This document shows positions 48,301-63,300 of a DNA stretch of 64,000 bases, piece by piece. The notes beneath the pieces were generated by a model. That model was given only the letters and a program-made list of their open reading frames with translations. It did no database searches and was not told the DNA's origin. The DNA comes from Pavona decussata. Its lineage: Eukaryota. Positions within the stretch are counted from its first letter, which is position 1. Every line of letters starts with the position of its first letter. The position numbers and the translations under genes are program-made. The stretch lies in assembly GCA_977016875.1 (NCBI GenBank), contig CDRNST010000233.1, positions 1,178,001 to 1,242,000 on the forward strand, written 5' to 3'.

Positions 48301-51300
48301 CAGCACCACAGTTTCTTTTAGAAAATAACCTTGTTATCTCTTCTCTAAGACTGATATAATCGAGACCAACCTCTACTGTCCAGATTCGAAGGGTGTCTGC
48401 CTCAGGAGAGTCATAATAGTATTGCAAGACTGCTGGGATGTTTTTTTTTTTTGGTAGTTTCACTGTTTGGGTGGAATTTAATATCAAGTTTTGAGTTTGA
48501 ACCAGTGTCACTACTGTGAAATAGTTGCAACCTTAAGTTAATCTCAATGCAAAATGTAAACTGTTAACAGAACAGTAAGTCACCCCTATCCCTTCCAGTG
48601 CCTATAAATCCACGGCCTAACAAGGCCATTTAAAGCAGTAAAAACAATGCAGAAACAATGAGTAGATGTAAATCCTTTTTTGTTCTAAATTATTAAGATC
48701 TATTTCTAGATTTATTTTTTGCATGTACATGTAAATTATACATATAAATTGTATGGGCAAACTGTGTCACTTATAAGAGCCTAGCTGGATTGCTGTCATC
48801 CTCACTTGGACTGCCTGTTGTTTTCAATAATTATGTAGCCTTTTTTGGCAAGTAGCCTTACCTCCTTTTACCCTCTGGCATCCATCTGAGGACCACTCTC
48901 TCCCCTGAGTGGCACTGATGGTTATTATATTGTAATTTATTATTTTTTTGGTTTATGTAGGTTGGTGGTGACGAGGACAAGCCTTCATCAGACAACATCA
49001 ACAGTTATGAATATGAGATGCTTTCAGCCAAGTTCAACTTTGTGGATCTTGCTGGCTCTGAGAGACTTAAACGAACGGGTGCTACAGGAGACAGAGCAAA
49101 GGAAGGCATTTCAATCAACTGTGGTTTGGTAAAAAAAGTTTTCTTCATGAAATTAACTGGGAGGGAATTTGCCATTGAAAATGCTGTAGGACATTGGGCA
49201 GTGGTGTCAAGTTGTTGCCCTTTGTCTTCTTCATCTTCTCTCACAAAATTAGATGGTGGTGTCCGAGAACCTGCATCACTGTTGAGAAAGGGTAGGGGAT
49301 GTAATCTCCTGTGTTGCGGTCTGGTCTTTCATCCTTGGGTGGTGTGAAGGGGCGGGGGTGGGTGATTAGAGGGCTCCATTGTGTGGACACCTTGCATGCG
49401 ACCCCGGAGTCCCATATTCCAATTTGTCCTGTTTGAGAGATATTCCCTGCTGAGAAATACAGAGATCTCCATTGCAGCTGCTTGTACATAACTAGGCTCT
49501 GCCCCTATAGTGCATTAAGAGTTTTTACAGGCTGTATGTTACATGTTTTTAGTGTACAAACTGGTTAACTGAATACAGATGTCTTTTCTACAGTTGGCCC
49601 TTGGTAATGTTATCAGTGCTTTAGGAGACTTGACAAAGAAGGGTAGCCATGTGCCTTATAGAGATTCCAAACTCACAAGATTATTACAGGACTCTCTTGG
49701 AGGCAACAGGTACAGAGCCCTAGCTACATGTAGCTAGCCTGTAATTCATAGCTGTGTTGTGTGTTCTGCCTTTTTTCAATACACACCTTGATTTACAATT
49801 CTTCACCAACACCTCAACCTCAACACCTTTTAAAAGTGTTCTTCATACATTTTGTCTCTTCACATTATCTGTTTGTGTATCAAAATTACATTTCTAACTT
49901 GTTCATTCAATATCTACCCTAATCCTGTAATTCTTGCTTGGGCATTATTTTGGTTTGTTAGATTGTAAATATGCATCAGGAAAATGAATGTACATCAAGG
50001 GAATGTAAAGGGGTTACTTGCCATGGCACAAAATTTGTGTACTTCCAGAAAATGTCCTTATCCCTCCCTCATCACAGAAGGGGTTAGAAATTCCAAAGGG
50101 TGGGGGAGGGGGGTCTTCAATAGCCAAAAAATGCCACACAGAAAACATTGCTCTAATGTTTTATCCATTGCTTTGTGCTTCGTTTTGTGATAAAAACGGA
50201 AATCTTGCCCATAATGATAGCTTTTTATATTTGTACAAGAAGCGCAAAACAGCAAATAAAACATTAGAGTGACATTTGCTGAGGGAATTCAAGGCCACAT
50301 GCAAATTTAAACTCCAGTTAACTTGAATGAAAACAACAAAATGCTATTTGAAATGCACTTATGTCAGTTATGCTCTCAGCACTTCAAATGTTCTTGTAGC
50401 CATGGCAGATAAAATGGTTGCAACTTGGAGGGTTAGATCAGGTTAGCAGAAATAATTTGAAATCAAAATAATTTGAAATCATCCGATTTTTGTGTTAGTT
50501 AAAAAATGCAACATAAATGCATTAATTTTATTTTCCTCCCTTTAGCCGAACCTTGATGATAGCTTGTGTGTCACCCTCCGATAGAGACTTCATGGAAACG
50601 CTAAACACGTTGAAGTACGCCAACCGAGCCAGAAATATCAAGAACAAGGTAAATGTACATGGGATGTAGTAAGTGTTCATGCATGTATTTTGGGGGCTGC
50701 AGTTTCTCTTAACCCACAGTTTTGTACAAAAATATTGTAATTTTCATTTTTGTCAAGTTCCTTCCTGAAGTAGACCAGGAAGAAGTATGGAATTATTTTT
50801 AACCATTTTTCCATCTCTGGTCTGTCAAATTTACCGCTGATGAGGATGGATGTAAAAAAGGAATACACTCCCGAAATAGGGAGGGGGGAGGGGAAGAGGG
50901 CTAGTAGGCATGGGTTTCTACCTTGTTTGACATATAATAATTTTGGGTAAGGCAGAGAATTTGAAAATTAAAATGAAAGCTAAATGCCCTGCCTCCCTTT
51001 CCCAGCTTTATTGTGATAGGTAGGGTTGCAATGTCGCCCCTACATACCTGTACACCAGTTTCTACTGATGCTGATGATTACTTTAGTCTCCTTAGGGAGG
51101 GGAGGGAGAGGAATAGCTAAAATGTTGGATTATTGACTGTTTATATTGTGCAATTCTTCAGGTGGTTGTGAATCAAGATAAAACCAGCAAACAGATAGCT
51201 TCATTAAGACTTGAGATTCAAAAGCTCACAATGGAACTGACGGAATTTAAACAGGTCTGTACATCATCCCAACCCCTTGTCCTACATGTACATGTGTAGA

Positions 51301-54300
51301 TAGTCACAGTGGGTGGTCAACAGGCCAAATAAGGGTCTTGCTGGACTGGGTTAAGTATGTTGGGTGATACAGTAGACATGAAGGCCTGTCTAGAACCCTA
51401 AAAGTGAGCTAATCACCCATTTAATGGATGATGGCAATTATAGAAGCTTTACAAGAAAACCTTGAAAAGGGATTTTTGAAAGACTTATGGCCCTACTTGA
51501 GATGAAATGGACTTAGAGATAGAGAGAGAGTCCACCAGAGATAGTACAGGAACTAAAAATATTAATAAGAATCTGTCAATGGCTCTAGCGTAAATTTTGT
51601 GAGATGCACACAACAACTTATACAAACACAGCTTACAGAGTAATTTCTAGAAATAGACTGAAACAATTAATTAACTTCATTGTTATCATTTTTGCTGACA
51701 CTGGAGCCAGCTTTAGCAACATACTGATTCTTTGACCTTCAATATTCAGTTAATTTGTAGATCCTACTTTACAAGCATACGCTCCAGGAGTTAATGTTTT
51801 GTATCTTAGTCTGCAAATCCACATTATTTATTGTTTTTATTTTGACTGTCAGGGAAAGAGAATGTCTGGAGTTGAGGATGGTCAAATTAGTGATGTTTGT
51901 CATGAGAATGTTATGCTGAAAACTGAAAATGACAAGTAAGAATACAAATAACATATAATGATTATTGTTATTGCAACATATTCTCTGAAACAGGCATTAT
52001 TTTGAGTTTGTGAAAATCTTGACATACCAATAATTGTCCTTACCAGTAAAGCCAACCCTCTTACATGTACATTAGGTGTGAAAAAAATAAAATGTTATAG
52101 CTGAAACTATAAGTAAAGGTGATGTTTTTGTTGAATATATTTCTGGTAGTAATATGGCAAGTTTATATGAAATCATGGGTTTTATAGGGGCTAATGAACA
52201 AATTTAAGTGAAGAGTTAATAGCTTATAATTGAAGGTCTGAGAGCATAACCGACTTATGTCGAATTTTAGCGCAGCTTTCGATTTCGCACGGATTTGTAC
52301 AAATTTTGGCTCTCCCTGCTTTGGAAAACATTTCGCGGTTTTACAATCGTGGACAAAACTCCTTGAGAAAACCAAACACGAACAGAACAAAAACCACTTG
52401 CTTACTTCTCCCTCCCACCCCCTCCCCCTATGCAATGAGAAGCGAACACAGACAGCCAAAAAACCACTCACTTACTGTTTCTCCCTTCATAATTCTACCA
52501 CAGTTACTTCTCCCTCCCCCCCTCCCCCTTATGCAATGTTGATGTGGGAAGTGATGCTTGCCAGGAAACTGTTCGTGACCCAAAAGACAACATTGAGTCA
52601 GGAGGAGGGGGAGGGGGATTTGGTAGTTTGCTTGTCTACAAGTGAACACGCTTGGAAGGCAAATTTTTTTGTAGGTTTTGTCCACGGCAGACTCGTTTTC
52701 CAAATTATCGGTAGGCTAAAAGTTTACACTGTCCACGAGCCGTGTTTAGCCTCACCAGTTGTTGTTTCTATAAGTAACGTTTGAGATGATATCATGGTTT
52801 GCTTTTGCGGGTTGTAACAAGCCCAAAATAGATCAAGGCAGTCGGGATAAACAACTTGCGTATCGTACTGGCTAGTAGGTTTCGCTTTTGTTTGGTGAAG
52901 TTTGTAAACGCACGACATCTATGGATCTTTTGAAAAGTTATGAAATTGACGAATGCAGTTCACAGGAACTGGTGGAAATGTTGTTCAAAGAATCCCTCCT
53001 TGGTAGTGATGACTGTGCCGTGGCGAATTTTTCAATTCGATTATCAAATCCCGCGGGAGCATCAGAGACAAATCCCGCCATGTGCAAGGTGTTTTGCAAG
53101 CCTTAGTTGTGGTTTGCCAGGCTTGAAATTCGGTATGTAACGATTAACTTGACAATTTCAAGGCAATGATTCAATAAAAGTACGATTAACATAGATTTTC
53201 AACGGTTAACACCGACTGCTCTTAAAAATAATAGATAGTCTTTACCTTTTAATAGAACTGCCGTTAATCGTTGTTAATCGTTGAAATGACTACATACCTT
53301 CCTGTTAATCGTGTAGAATGCTAGTATTTTGCGTTATCAAGAGTGATATGCTGACAAACGGGACAAAGCTGGATTTTACGCCAGGAAATGGACACATTTT
53401 CTCTTGGAGAATGTAACTGTTTACATTTCGGACATTCCTGTCACGTACGCATTAGTTTGTAACAGAATCAAATAAAAGCGTGACAGCATTCTTTTCGTTG
53501 CTCCCGCGGAAAACACCGCTTTCGAGTGCCGTGTTTCAAAGACAACAAGTGTATATTGAATACAAGTATTTAATCCTCAGTGCATTGTCCTTTTAATCAT
53601 CCAGTGTCTATAATGTTACCGATATATCTTTACAAGATGGTAAAATTTCTCAATGGCATTAATACGAAACACAAAGCGGCGTGAAAAAAATACTGGACAA
53701 TGGTTTTCAATCGAATTGCAGTTCACATGCAACAGTTTGGACAAATCCGAGCTACATCGAAAAACGGGCTGAAGTTCGACATAAGTCGGTTATGCTCCCA
53801 GCCCTTCAATTTGGCAACCATAAAGTCTATGTTTAATTTTCCAGGCTTCGTGTGCGTATCAAGGCTTTACAGCAAACAATCGACACACAGTCGGCCAGAA
53901 TAACAGATCTAATCTCTTCACAAGTGTTGGCATCAGTGGATGGTATGGGTAGAGTAAATCATACTAAAAATGCTGAGTGCAGGCTGTTTAGAAAAGTTTA
54001 GAAATTCACTATGTTTAAGTGTCAATTGAAAGTACAGTACTTACAATACGATACTGAACATTACGATACAATGCAATGCAATATGCTGCAGTGTAGTGCT
54101 GTGGTGTGCAGTGCAGTGCAATTTATTATTCCATCCAGGCAAATGAATTTTTTGGAACTAATTTACAATCAAATATTGCATGTAGAAACAAGCTTATTAT
54201 TAATAATAAAGATAAAAAAAGTCATATTCCAAGGAACAAAACAAAGCATTACAGACCTGTTATTTCCTTCGAAATTTTCATCACGCACTGTCTCCCCACA

Positions 54301-57300
54301 ATATTATTGTCACTCTAAAGAAGTTTTGTAGAAACTGCAACAAATTTACTTGTTTGTACACCATGTTCTGCAAAATCTTTCCACACAGGCAAGCTTGAGA
54401 TACATACAGATTTCCAAGAATTAAGACAAATTGGTACTCACATGTAGTATATATACAGATTTAGTATTTTTTCATGTACAGATTTAGTTTTTTTGTGTTG
54501 AACTCTTCTGGCAATCAGCTATTATTTCAAGGTTGTATCTCCTACATGTTTAGGTACATTCATGTACGTACATGTGTGCAATGTTGTTTTGTTTAACTTA
54601 GTAACTTACCCAGTTCATGTGCTCTCATTTTAAGGGGATGTTGATGGTGGAGTGGAGGAGCTTATTCAAAAGTACCTCAAGGAAATCGAAGAGTTGAGGT
54701 AAAATTAGTGCATGTCTAAAAATTATTGGGATTTATTGAGTATTGCATTTATAACCAATTTTCAATAAATACTAGCTTTTATTAACTGTAAGGCTGTATT
54801 GAGCAGGGATGTTGCTATTAGAGCCAGCTAACAGCAGATTTCACCATCTGAAAGGGATCTTATCACTGGCACAAATTTTAACACTCGAGAACACAAATAT
54901 TTTAGTCTAGTTTTAAAGGAGCACAGTCCAAAAGAGCTGGCTAGGTTTATAAATGAGCCTGCTGAGATTTTTCTAAGCTATATCCCTGATTGAGCCTATA
55001 AATCCATTAAGCCCCATCTTTTTTTTGTCATAGTCAGATAACCTATCAAGCTTCCCCCTTCCTTCATTCATCATGGTCATTGTCATCATTTGTATATAAC
55101 CTAATGCCTACAAGCTAATAGTTTGTTCATAATGCACATGCGTGAAATAAATTTCTCTCTTAAGTGGTTTGCCTTACTTGGTGCATGGGCAGAATGAGAT
55201 AATGATTAAAGCAATAAAAAAATGCAAAAGGCAATAAAAAATGTAAATTACAAAAGTGTAGAGAGCTTGTAAGAATAGTCCATTTTATACTGGTGGACCT
55301 AGTGACCTGGCCTTTGAGTGAAAGCAAGGAAGTAGTTGTCTCAGTGCTTTTGAAATGTAAATGCAAACTAGTTAGCATGAGAACAACATCTCAAAAGCAG
55401 TGAGGTTTGCATCATAACATAGTTAACTCCTGCCTTGATTCTACTCAAAGGCCAAGTCAATAAATGCACAACTGTAAAATGGGCAATACCAATCTCAAGG
55501 ACCTTTCTAAAATCTTTAGAAACAAGCTAACAGAGAGTGAAGCAATGGCAATGGCCATTACCCGTCATGCAGCACTCAAGTCTCGTATGGCATCAGCACC
55601 TGCTCCTGAATCCACAGCCTCAGTCCTGGAGATGGCAAAACAGGATGTAGCTAAACAGCGACAAAAAGCACAGGTGGTATTACGTAATCCTTCTCTCTCA
55701 AAAGTCAAATGTGTTAAGCCAATTAAGCCTCGGGGAGGCAGTCTCCATTCAACTATGAATGGGGTGAAACCTTCTAACATTCCAGTTAATTCATCTCGAC
55801 CTCAGAGTAAGTCTTTTCTTCAAACAAATGGTGGCCGGCTTAAGCTAGTGACGCCTCGGCTTCCTTGGAACGCTGGCAAGGTTCAATCTAAAACTGACTC
55901 TGGGCTTTATAACAGGACAGTACAGCGAGCAAGTCTTGTTATTTCCAAGGACCCCTGTCCTAAACCTCGGAGACCTAGTAATTATATAATACCAGCTGAC
56001 CGAGACAAACCTCTGAACAACTCAACATCAAACATTCCTAGTGATGTAGTGATGCGCAGATCTAAACAAAAATCTGCTAATTCTGAGGTAATAACAGAAA
56101 AGCGAAGATCTCGCAGTTTGGAATCTCTAATGAACAGCAGCTCTGCAATGGATACCTACCCTACTCCAACACAATGCTTCAAATGTAGGAAAGACATGAG
56201 TCGTGTCCTAGACTCGAGTGCGTCTGATAGGTTTTCTGATGCCAATAGCTCAACAAGTGACATCAATTGCTCCTTACCAGAGCTTCCGTTTGACCAGAAC
56301 AACAACGTAGTCGTTCAGGTCACTAACCATAAGTTCTCAGTGCCAAGAGCAGAGGTGCTTAAAGCAGAAAAGTTAATTCATCATCCACCGCCAGTGGATA
56401 TAGTATCTGACACGGAGTGTTATCAATACCACTTTGAAAGCGACAGCCAGGCGGAAAGTGATTATGGCACAGCTGTTGCCTCTGACAGCGAAGTCTACAG
56501 ATACAGGTCTAAAATAAAAGACAAGAGGAACCTTCATTTAGATTCCCCTAATCCTCATCTTTTACGGGAACACAGAGCTGAATCAGCTGGCAACATAAGA
56601 GAACGTAAGATTCAAATTGAACAAGACCTAGACTCACTCCTTGATTCCATGGCTTTTGCGTTAGGCAACTACCAGTCAAACACCAAAAGTGATCCTGATA
56701 ATGTTGGTGGTTCTGAAGATTCCCTGTACACGCCACCAGCCTTTTTCAGGCCAATATTTGAGGTTAAGATTTGAATGATTGCTCTAACCATTTTAAGCCT
56801 AAAGTTTAACAGAAATGATTTCTGACTTTTTTTATCACTATCACTTCTGAGCACTCAGTGGTACATGGTGCAAATTGTTCATATACATTTATAAGGGATC
56901 ATATGTATGGACAATTTCCCAAAGCTAATGCATGACTGCTTTTGTCACCACCTTTCTTCTTCATGATGTATTGATTAGTTATCCAGAAATATATGATTTT
57001 GATAACTCTTGGGTATTAAAGGATAAAAGGTAACTAAAGATAATATAAATTTACAATTAGGATCTTGATAATTAGAGTATGAATACCTGGATGTGTAAAT
57101 CATAAATGTGATAAGATGGATTGTTTGACTTTCTGTGATAGGAAATCTTGTTTGAATCTAAGAACAATGACAATTGACAGACGAGTGTAATTTTTACATG
57201 CATACAGAATGCAGAGAATGAAATTGTTGTAATTAAGGAGGCAGTTGATGCACTTTTATTTGGATAGTTAACCTTATTTAAGTGTGAAACAGTAAAATAA

Positions 57301-60300
57301 AATAAAAATTAGATTTAATTGTAAATAGTCAAGACTAAAGCTATAGATAAAAATTACAAAATTTCCATTGAATATGGAGAAGATAATATGAGATTGTGCT
57401 TAAGATAAGTACTTGAAATTTGAATTATGCTGCAATTTGTTGGCAGTTTCAGTTGAAGGTACTCCCTGGTGGAGGCCTTAGTAATATTTAACATTGAAAA
57501 GGCTTGTTTGATGGTGAATGATATTTTTTGCACCATTTGATGAGGAATTAAATTATTACTCCTGTACTGGGGGTTAAATCTTCAGTTGGTTAAAAAATTT
57601 AATGCCTTGCGATGGACATTATTGAGAGATTTACATTTTTATTTTTATTGTGAATACATTTGTACTCTGTACAGTGTACTTTGAATGTTTTTGAATGTTA
57701 GATTACAAATTAGAAATATTTAATCATCATTTAAACATTAAATGAAGAGAATTTCAAATGCTTTTAGCGATTTGGGAAGTTATTTAACAACTACAGTAAA
57801 ATATTTATTATTTATGCTTTTGTCCAAGACGTTGAATCAGATGCCTAATTGCCTGTTAAACTGAGACTATATAAATCTACAACATTCAGATCAGACCTCT
57901 TTAACGACAAAAACTTTAGAACTAGCATGTTCTAATACAGAGGATTTCCATTGCCAGATTAAATATTGTGAAGTTCTCTTCAGTGAAAAAATGTAAAACT
58001 TAAATTAACTTCTTGATCTGTTTCTTTACATGCTGTCCACTGTACATCAAAAACTTAAATCATAGTTAACTTCTTACCTGCATAAAGACTCCGTGAACTT
58101 TTAACAGTCTGTGACTCTCAAGATCTTTTTTACAAAAATAAAAGGAGATTGAAACTTGTTCCATCCGTTGTTGGATTTCTTCAGTTCTGTGTAGAGTCAG
58201 ATTCTTCAGTGTCTGCTGGTTCAGTTTGCTTTTTGGCTTTGTTCAGTTTCTTTGTTGCTCTTCTCACACTTTGTTATTTTATGCTTTGCTGCTTACACTG
58301 CTTGCCGTACGTTTGGTTCATTTCATTTCACTTCCTTGCATTTTTGTTGATTTTGTTTTCACTCTCTTGATTTCATTTACTTCCTTTATTCGTTTATTTT
58401 GTTGTTTTATCTTTTATGACATGTTTGTGTGACAATAAATTAGGATTTTATTTTGCTTGTCAACTTAAATAGCAGTTCCTGTCTTCTCTTTCCCCTAAAC
58501 CTCTCCCTCTCTCCTCATTAATTGTTGATGTTCCCACCCAGGGCAATTTTCTTGCACCATGTGACTATTTAATTGTGAAATAATCAGAGGATGTTTAACT
58601 GTACCTTTCAAAAACATGTGAGCTCTGAACTTTATCGCACAGCTAATGCTTGAATATTTTTCATGCCAGTAACTGCAATTACATTAAAAAGCCAGCAGAC
58701 CTTCAAAAAGAAAGCAGTTTAAATTCCACCAATCACAGGTTATGGTTGTAACCTATTGAAACTCTAAACTTCTTTCAGTGTTTTCTGATACTCTGATGAT
58801 TGCTGGCAGTGAAAAATGTGACGGTTGGTTGAGACTTGAGATTCAGTGTTTGGAAGTTAGCTAAAGGCACAGTTAGATGTTTATTTAATCCCATGTAGAA
58901 CTCTGTTTTTCTTCCCTTTAGACAACTGTAAACTCTACCTCCCCCTTTGGAAACTTGCTCAGAGTTTAAAATTAATATGAATCATGACACATTAATCGGT
59001 GCTGTCATTAATGTTTTGGCCACATGTTGCATTAAGCTTCTCACCCATAACAGTCTTGTTGCTTTATGAGTAAAATGACCCTAAAACTGTCAAGATCATC
59101 CATAACATCAAGGTTCTTTCAAGGATATTCAGTCGTAACAGGTGTTACAGGTTATGATCCTTAATGGCAGCTCTGAATTTCATCCCACAGCACAGTTGAA
59201 GGGCTCAGTAAGAAAAGCATAATTTGGCCTGAAAATCAAATTAACCCCTCAAATAACAAGCCCTATTTAGGCATAGATCAAGAGAGGGTGCATGTTCTGT
59301 AAGAGATGTAGTTGTATATGAGAGTTGAATGAATGGTGGAGAAGTGCCAAAAATGTGAAGAATTTCCAGACATTTTTGGCTTTTGGGCTTCCTCAGTGGA
59401 AGGGCTAAGCCGAAAACATCTGGACTTTCACTGAGGAAGGGTGAAGCCCAAAACATCTGGCATTTTTTCAAACATTTGGCACTTCTCCACCATTTACTCT
59501 ACTTTTATAGCTTTTGTATGAGTACCACGCAGCTGATGTTTTCATTTAACCTTTTATGCTTGTGTATGAATGTTAGTTTTGGACCTGGAGGCTGATTACT
59601 TTTTGTCTAAACTTGAAGCATGAATGGGGGGAGGGGGGTGGGGGGAGGGTCTGGATGGAATGATGGTTTTTGTGTCTACGGCTTCTAGAGAAGCGTAGAC
59701 ACTATGTCATCGGGTTGAGTGAAAGAGTGAAAGAGTGAAAGAGTGTAAGAGTGTAAGAGTGTAAATGCCACAGGAATCCCAAATGGAATCCTATCGAAAG
59801 CCGACGCTAATCCTCGACTGACCGAGATCTAAGCGATTGTTTTTCCGGATCAGGACAATGGCGACAATACGGTAAATGATGTTTTCCGATGTTGGTTTGC
59901 TTTTTACAAATAGTTTAAGTGATGATTTGAGCCAGAATTCTGTAACTTCTGTAATTTTCATCGCAAACGTGCCCGAATTTACTGCAAGAGATCGCTTTGA
60001 ACAAACACAGAGTGTCTTCAAATTTTACATGCGTGTTTGCACGCACGCAAAAAAAACTGAAAGTTTTCTGCCTCTAATAGCAAATGCATTGTTTATCTCA
60101 ATAAAACGTTTTGTTGAAAAAGCTTCTTGTTGATTTTTGTGGCTTTGTCAATTCATATATGCGTAAATGCTGCAAATGCGTAATCGAGGACAATTTGCAT
60201 AAGCGGGTTGAAATTTGATATGCCAAAGGTCTTCATCAACATGCCGTGAATTGTGGCAATTTTTGCGTTCAACTGTGTTTTTCGGCAAATGATTAATAGG

Positions 60301-63300
60301 TCACCATATTATTTTACACCAGAAAACATTTGTTTAATCATTCTAGTTTAATATGCAGTTAATTTTGGAAGCCAACGACATTTGTTTATCTACTACTTTT
60401 TATTTATGCGAAAACTATGGAAACACGACAGGAGTCAAAGGGTTAAAAAATGATACTTGCCATTCATAAGTTCAGTATAGATTAATTAACAGTTTCTGTT
60501 GCATTTTATGCCTACGTTTCAGATTACAACTTTGCTTTCAGTGCTCAGTTATGTTTAGAACTTTGCTGCATTGCTTTCAGTACAAAGTTGTGGTTCACGT
60601 TGTAAGATTATATAATATATTGTTTATGTTAGAATAAAGTTACAGTTCTCTTCATACAAAATATTTGTGGTAAACGATACCAGCTTAATCTCCACTCACC
60701 AGTATTCTGTGCAACATTTTTACAACCATTTTTTTTATCTCTATCCTATTTCCACTCCTCCCTCTTCGTTTTCATTTCAGTCTTATTTCCCTTTTCTTCA
60801 ATTCTTTTATATCACATTTCTATACCAGTACTGCAGTAGACACATGCAGTCTGAGACTGCCTATTTTTTAAAAATCTCTTGGATTCAAAATGTGTCGCTC
60901 CAGAAAATATCCATATGCCATATGGAAGGTTGGAAATTCTGAAGAGGGAAGGGGTGTATTAAATGGGTCAATTTTTTTTTAAGGAATATGTGAAGCTTAG
61001 AACTTTCAGAGGGAGGGTGGTCCACATCAAAACACCATCTCTGGGAGGGGTAGGGTATAGATATTTTCAGGAAGAACACAATTTAAGACTGCCGTCTGAC
61101 ATAAGCTCAGATTGGTATGTTTAAAAATTTTGCTCAATTGGATTAAAAGACAGAAATGATAGGCTAGCTTCTAAAAACAGCTTTAAACGTGGGGGAGGTG
61201 GATCTAAGCTATCTCATTTTGTTAGTACCCAGTCCACCTTTGCTTCTGGAGTGGGGACACATTAGACATTATTACACAGAGTAACTAGAGATCTCTAACT
61301 AGATGCTGGGGATGATGTCCATGACTTAGCTCGGATAAAACCAATGGCTAGAAGATTGTCCAATAAAATAACACTTGCTCAAGAAGGGATGGTTTGATTT
61401 AAACTGTGACGTTTGTATAACTAAGGGTATTATTCACTACTTACCAGCAAGCCACAAAGAGGTGTGGTTTTGGGTACCAGTCACACGATTCTGTCACAAA
61501 TATTTAATGAGATGTCATTAAAAACAAAAAACAAAACAAAACAAAATGTAATTAAGAATCAATGGATTTATAACGTGCTATCATTAACTTGGAAATAGTA
61601 CAGTACAAAGAACATCACCAGGGGATGGTTGGATTTGTTACATCTTCAGATAAGAAAGTTTACTATGTGAGGTGACCTTAAAAATGTAGGATTTCACCTT
61701 TGCACAATTTACTTGGCATTCAGTGGTCAAGTGAACTGGTCATTTGTTATTTCCTTTTCTTTCATACTGTGTACAAAATGATAATCTTTGTCTTCCTGTC
61801 TGTCGAACATTCTGTTTTGTCTTACGTCATGGTCTTTTGTACATCACTGCATCTCATGCATACGCTGTTCATTTGTCTAGTGCTCAGTCTGTTCTGGTGC
61901 TTTACTGTGAGTTGTACATCATTATTCCAAGATTGTTCCTTGTCCATTCAGTTTCCAATTACCTCCTCAAACTCAAACAGTCTTGTAATATTAACAATAA
62001 CAAATTAACCTTTATGATGCTTCAATTTACCACTTCACATACCATGGATTGCAAAAGAGGTGTTGCACAGCTGAGCTTCTCTTCTTTCACTGTCTTATCT
62101 TCGACGCAGTTTCTTCTTGGTAAGGCAAACTTGCAATTATTACAGCATGCCTGACTTCTACTGATAATCTAGATCTTTTTAAAAATTACGTTAATAAACC
62201 ATTTAATGTTGTTAAAATAAATGTTATTTATTTTTAAATTACTAGTAAAATGTGACCTGCAGACCACTGTATAATGATTATATCATTGTGTGAAAATGTG
62301 GTTGTCTTGTTGATTGATTGGACAGGTTCTTTGTCATTGTTAAAGGCATTTCTAAGAGTTAACTTATAAATAAATATTTCATTATAAAAGAAAATCAAAT
62401 TCATTACTGGCTACATTTTGAAATAAAATTTAAATGAAGTGAAATTATAATAATAAATCAAAATATTATTGAGGAGCTGTATTCTTTCTTTAAAGATTAT
62501 AGGTAGTACAAGATGATGACAAAAACAGCTTGTTAGTAGTAAAATCAGTGCATTTGCATCATTGCAATTTCAGTACATACATACATTGCTGAAAAACTGC
62601 AAACTACCTTCACTGATTTGATTTTCAGTTTAATCTAAGATTGTTATGTTGCTGGGAGACTTCATGTTATCTGATAAAATGTTTCTCCTTCAAGTAAAAT
62701 TGAGCTTTTAGACTTGGTGTCTACCTTCAGGGTAAAACAATTAAAGTAAAAAGTCTTTTTCTTAAATATCATTTAATATTCAAATTTATCAATATGATCT
62801 TAATCATGGTTCTATTGTTAAGTTAATATTTTATTTTAATGAAATTTGCATTGTAAATTATATTTGGCAGACAGACGTTTTGCTTCAACCATTTTAACCT
62901 GGTGATGGATGCTTAGTGCTTTAAGATTTTACTGTTAGAAAAACGTTTTTTTCAAATAACACGATTTCTCCAGTTTGTTTATATTTATCTTGTGTTTATC
63001 TGTGTGCACTTGTCAGCTGTTGTAGTTGCCAAGACGTTTGGAAAATCACTGCAGTAAAAAATATTAAACTGTTGAAAAGGTTACGATAGCCCAAATTTAA
63101 TTTGTCACATAGTTTCATTTGCATCAAATTCAATTCAAGGAAGTGGTAGCAATCCAATTTGGCATAATTTGTACTCAAGCCAAAGTCGCGTGTAACACCT
63201 GTCATTTTTTTGTGGTTATTGTAAGGATGATTAGCTGCCATATTGCAACAAACAATCAAGGCAAAGCAAAAATTCAAAACAACCTAGGATTGAACATGCG

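Noticed and set aside
52257-53140. ORFs inside the TIR element as a transposase
   Set aside because: Short, in different frames, with no DDE/DDD motif visible.
62110-62119. 10-nt microexon candidate in KIF21 intron 15 (pyrimidine tract-GCAG|TTTCTTCTTG|GTAAGG)
   Set aside because: The splice signals look good, but it frameshifts a phase-0 intron and I found no compensating exon. It could only be a poison exon or part of a non-coding first exon, which is unsupported without RNA data.
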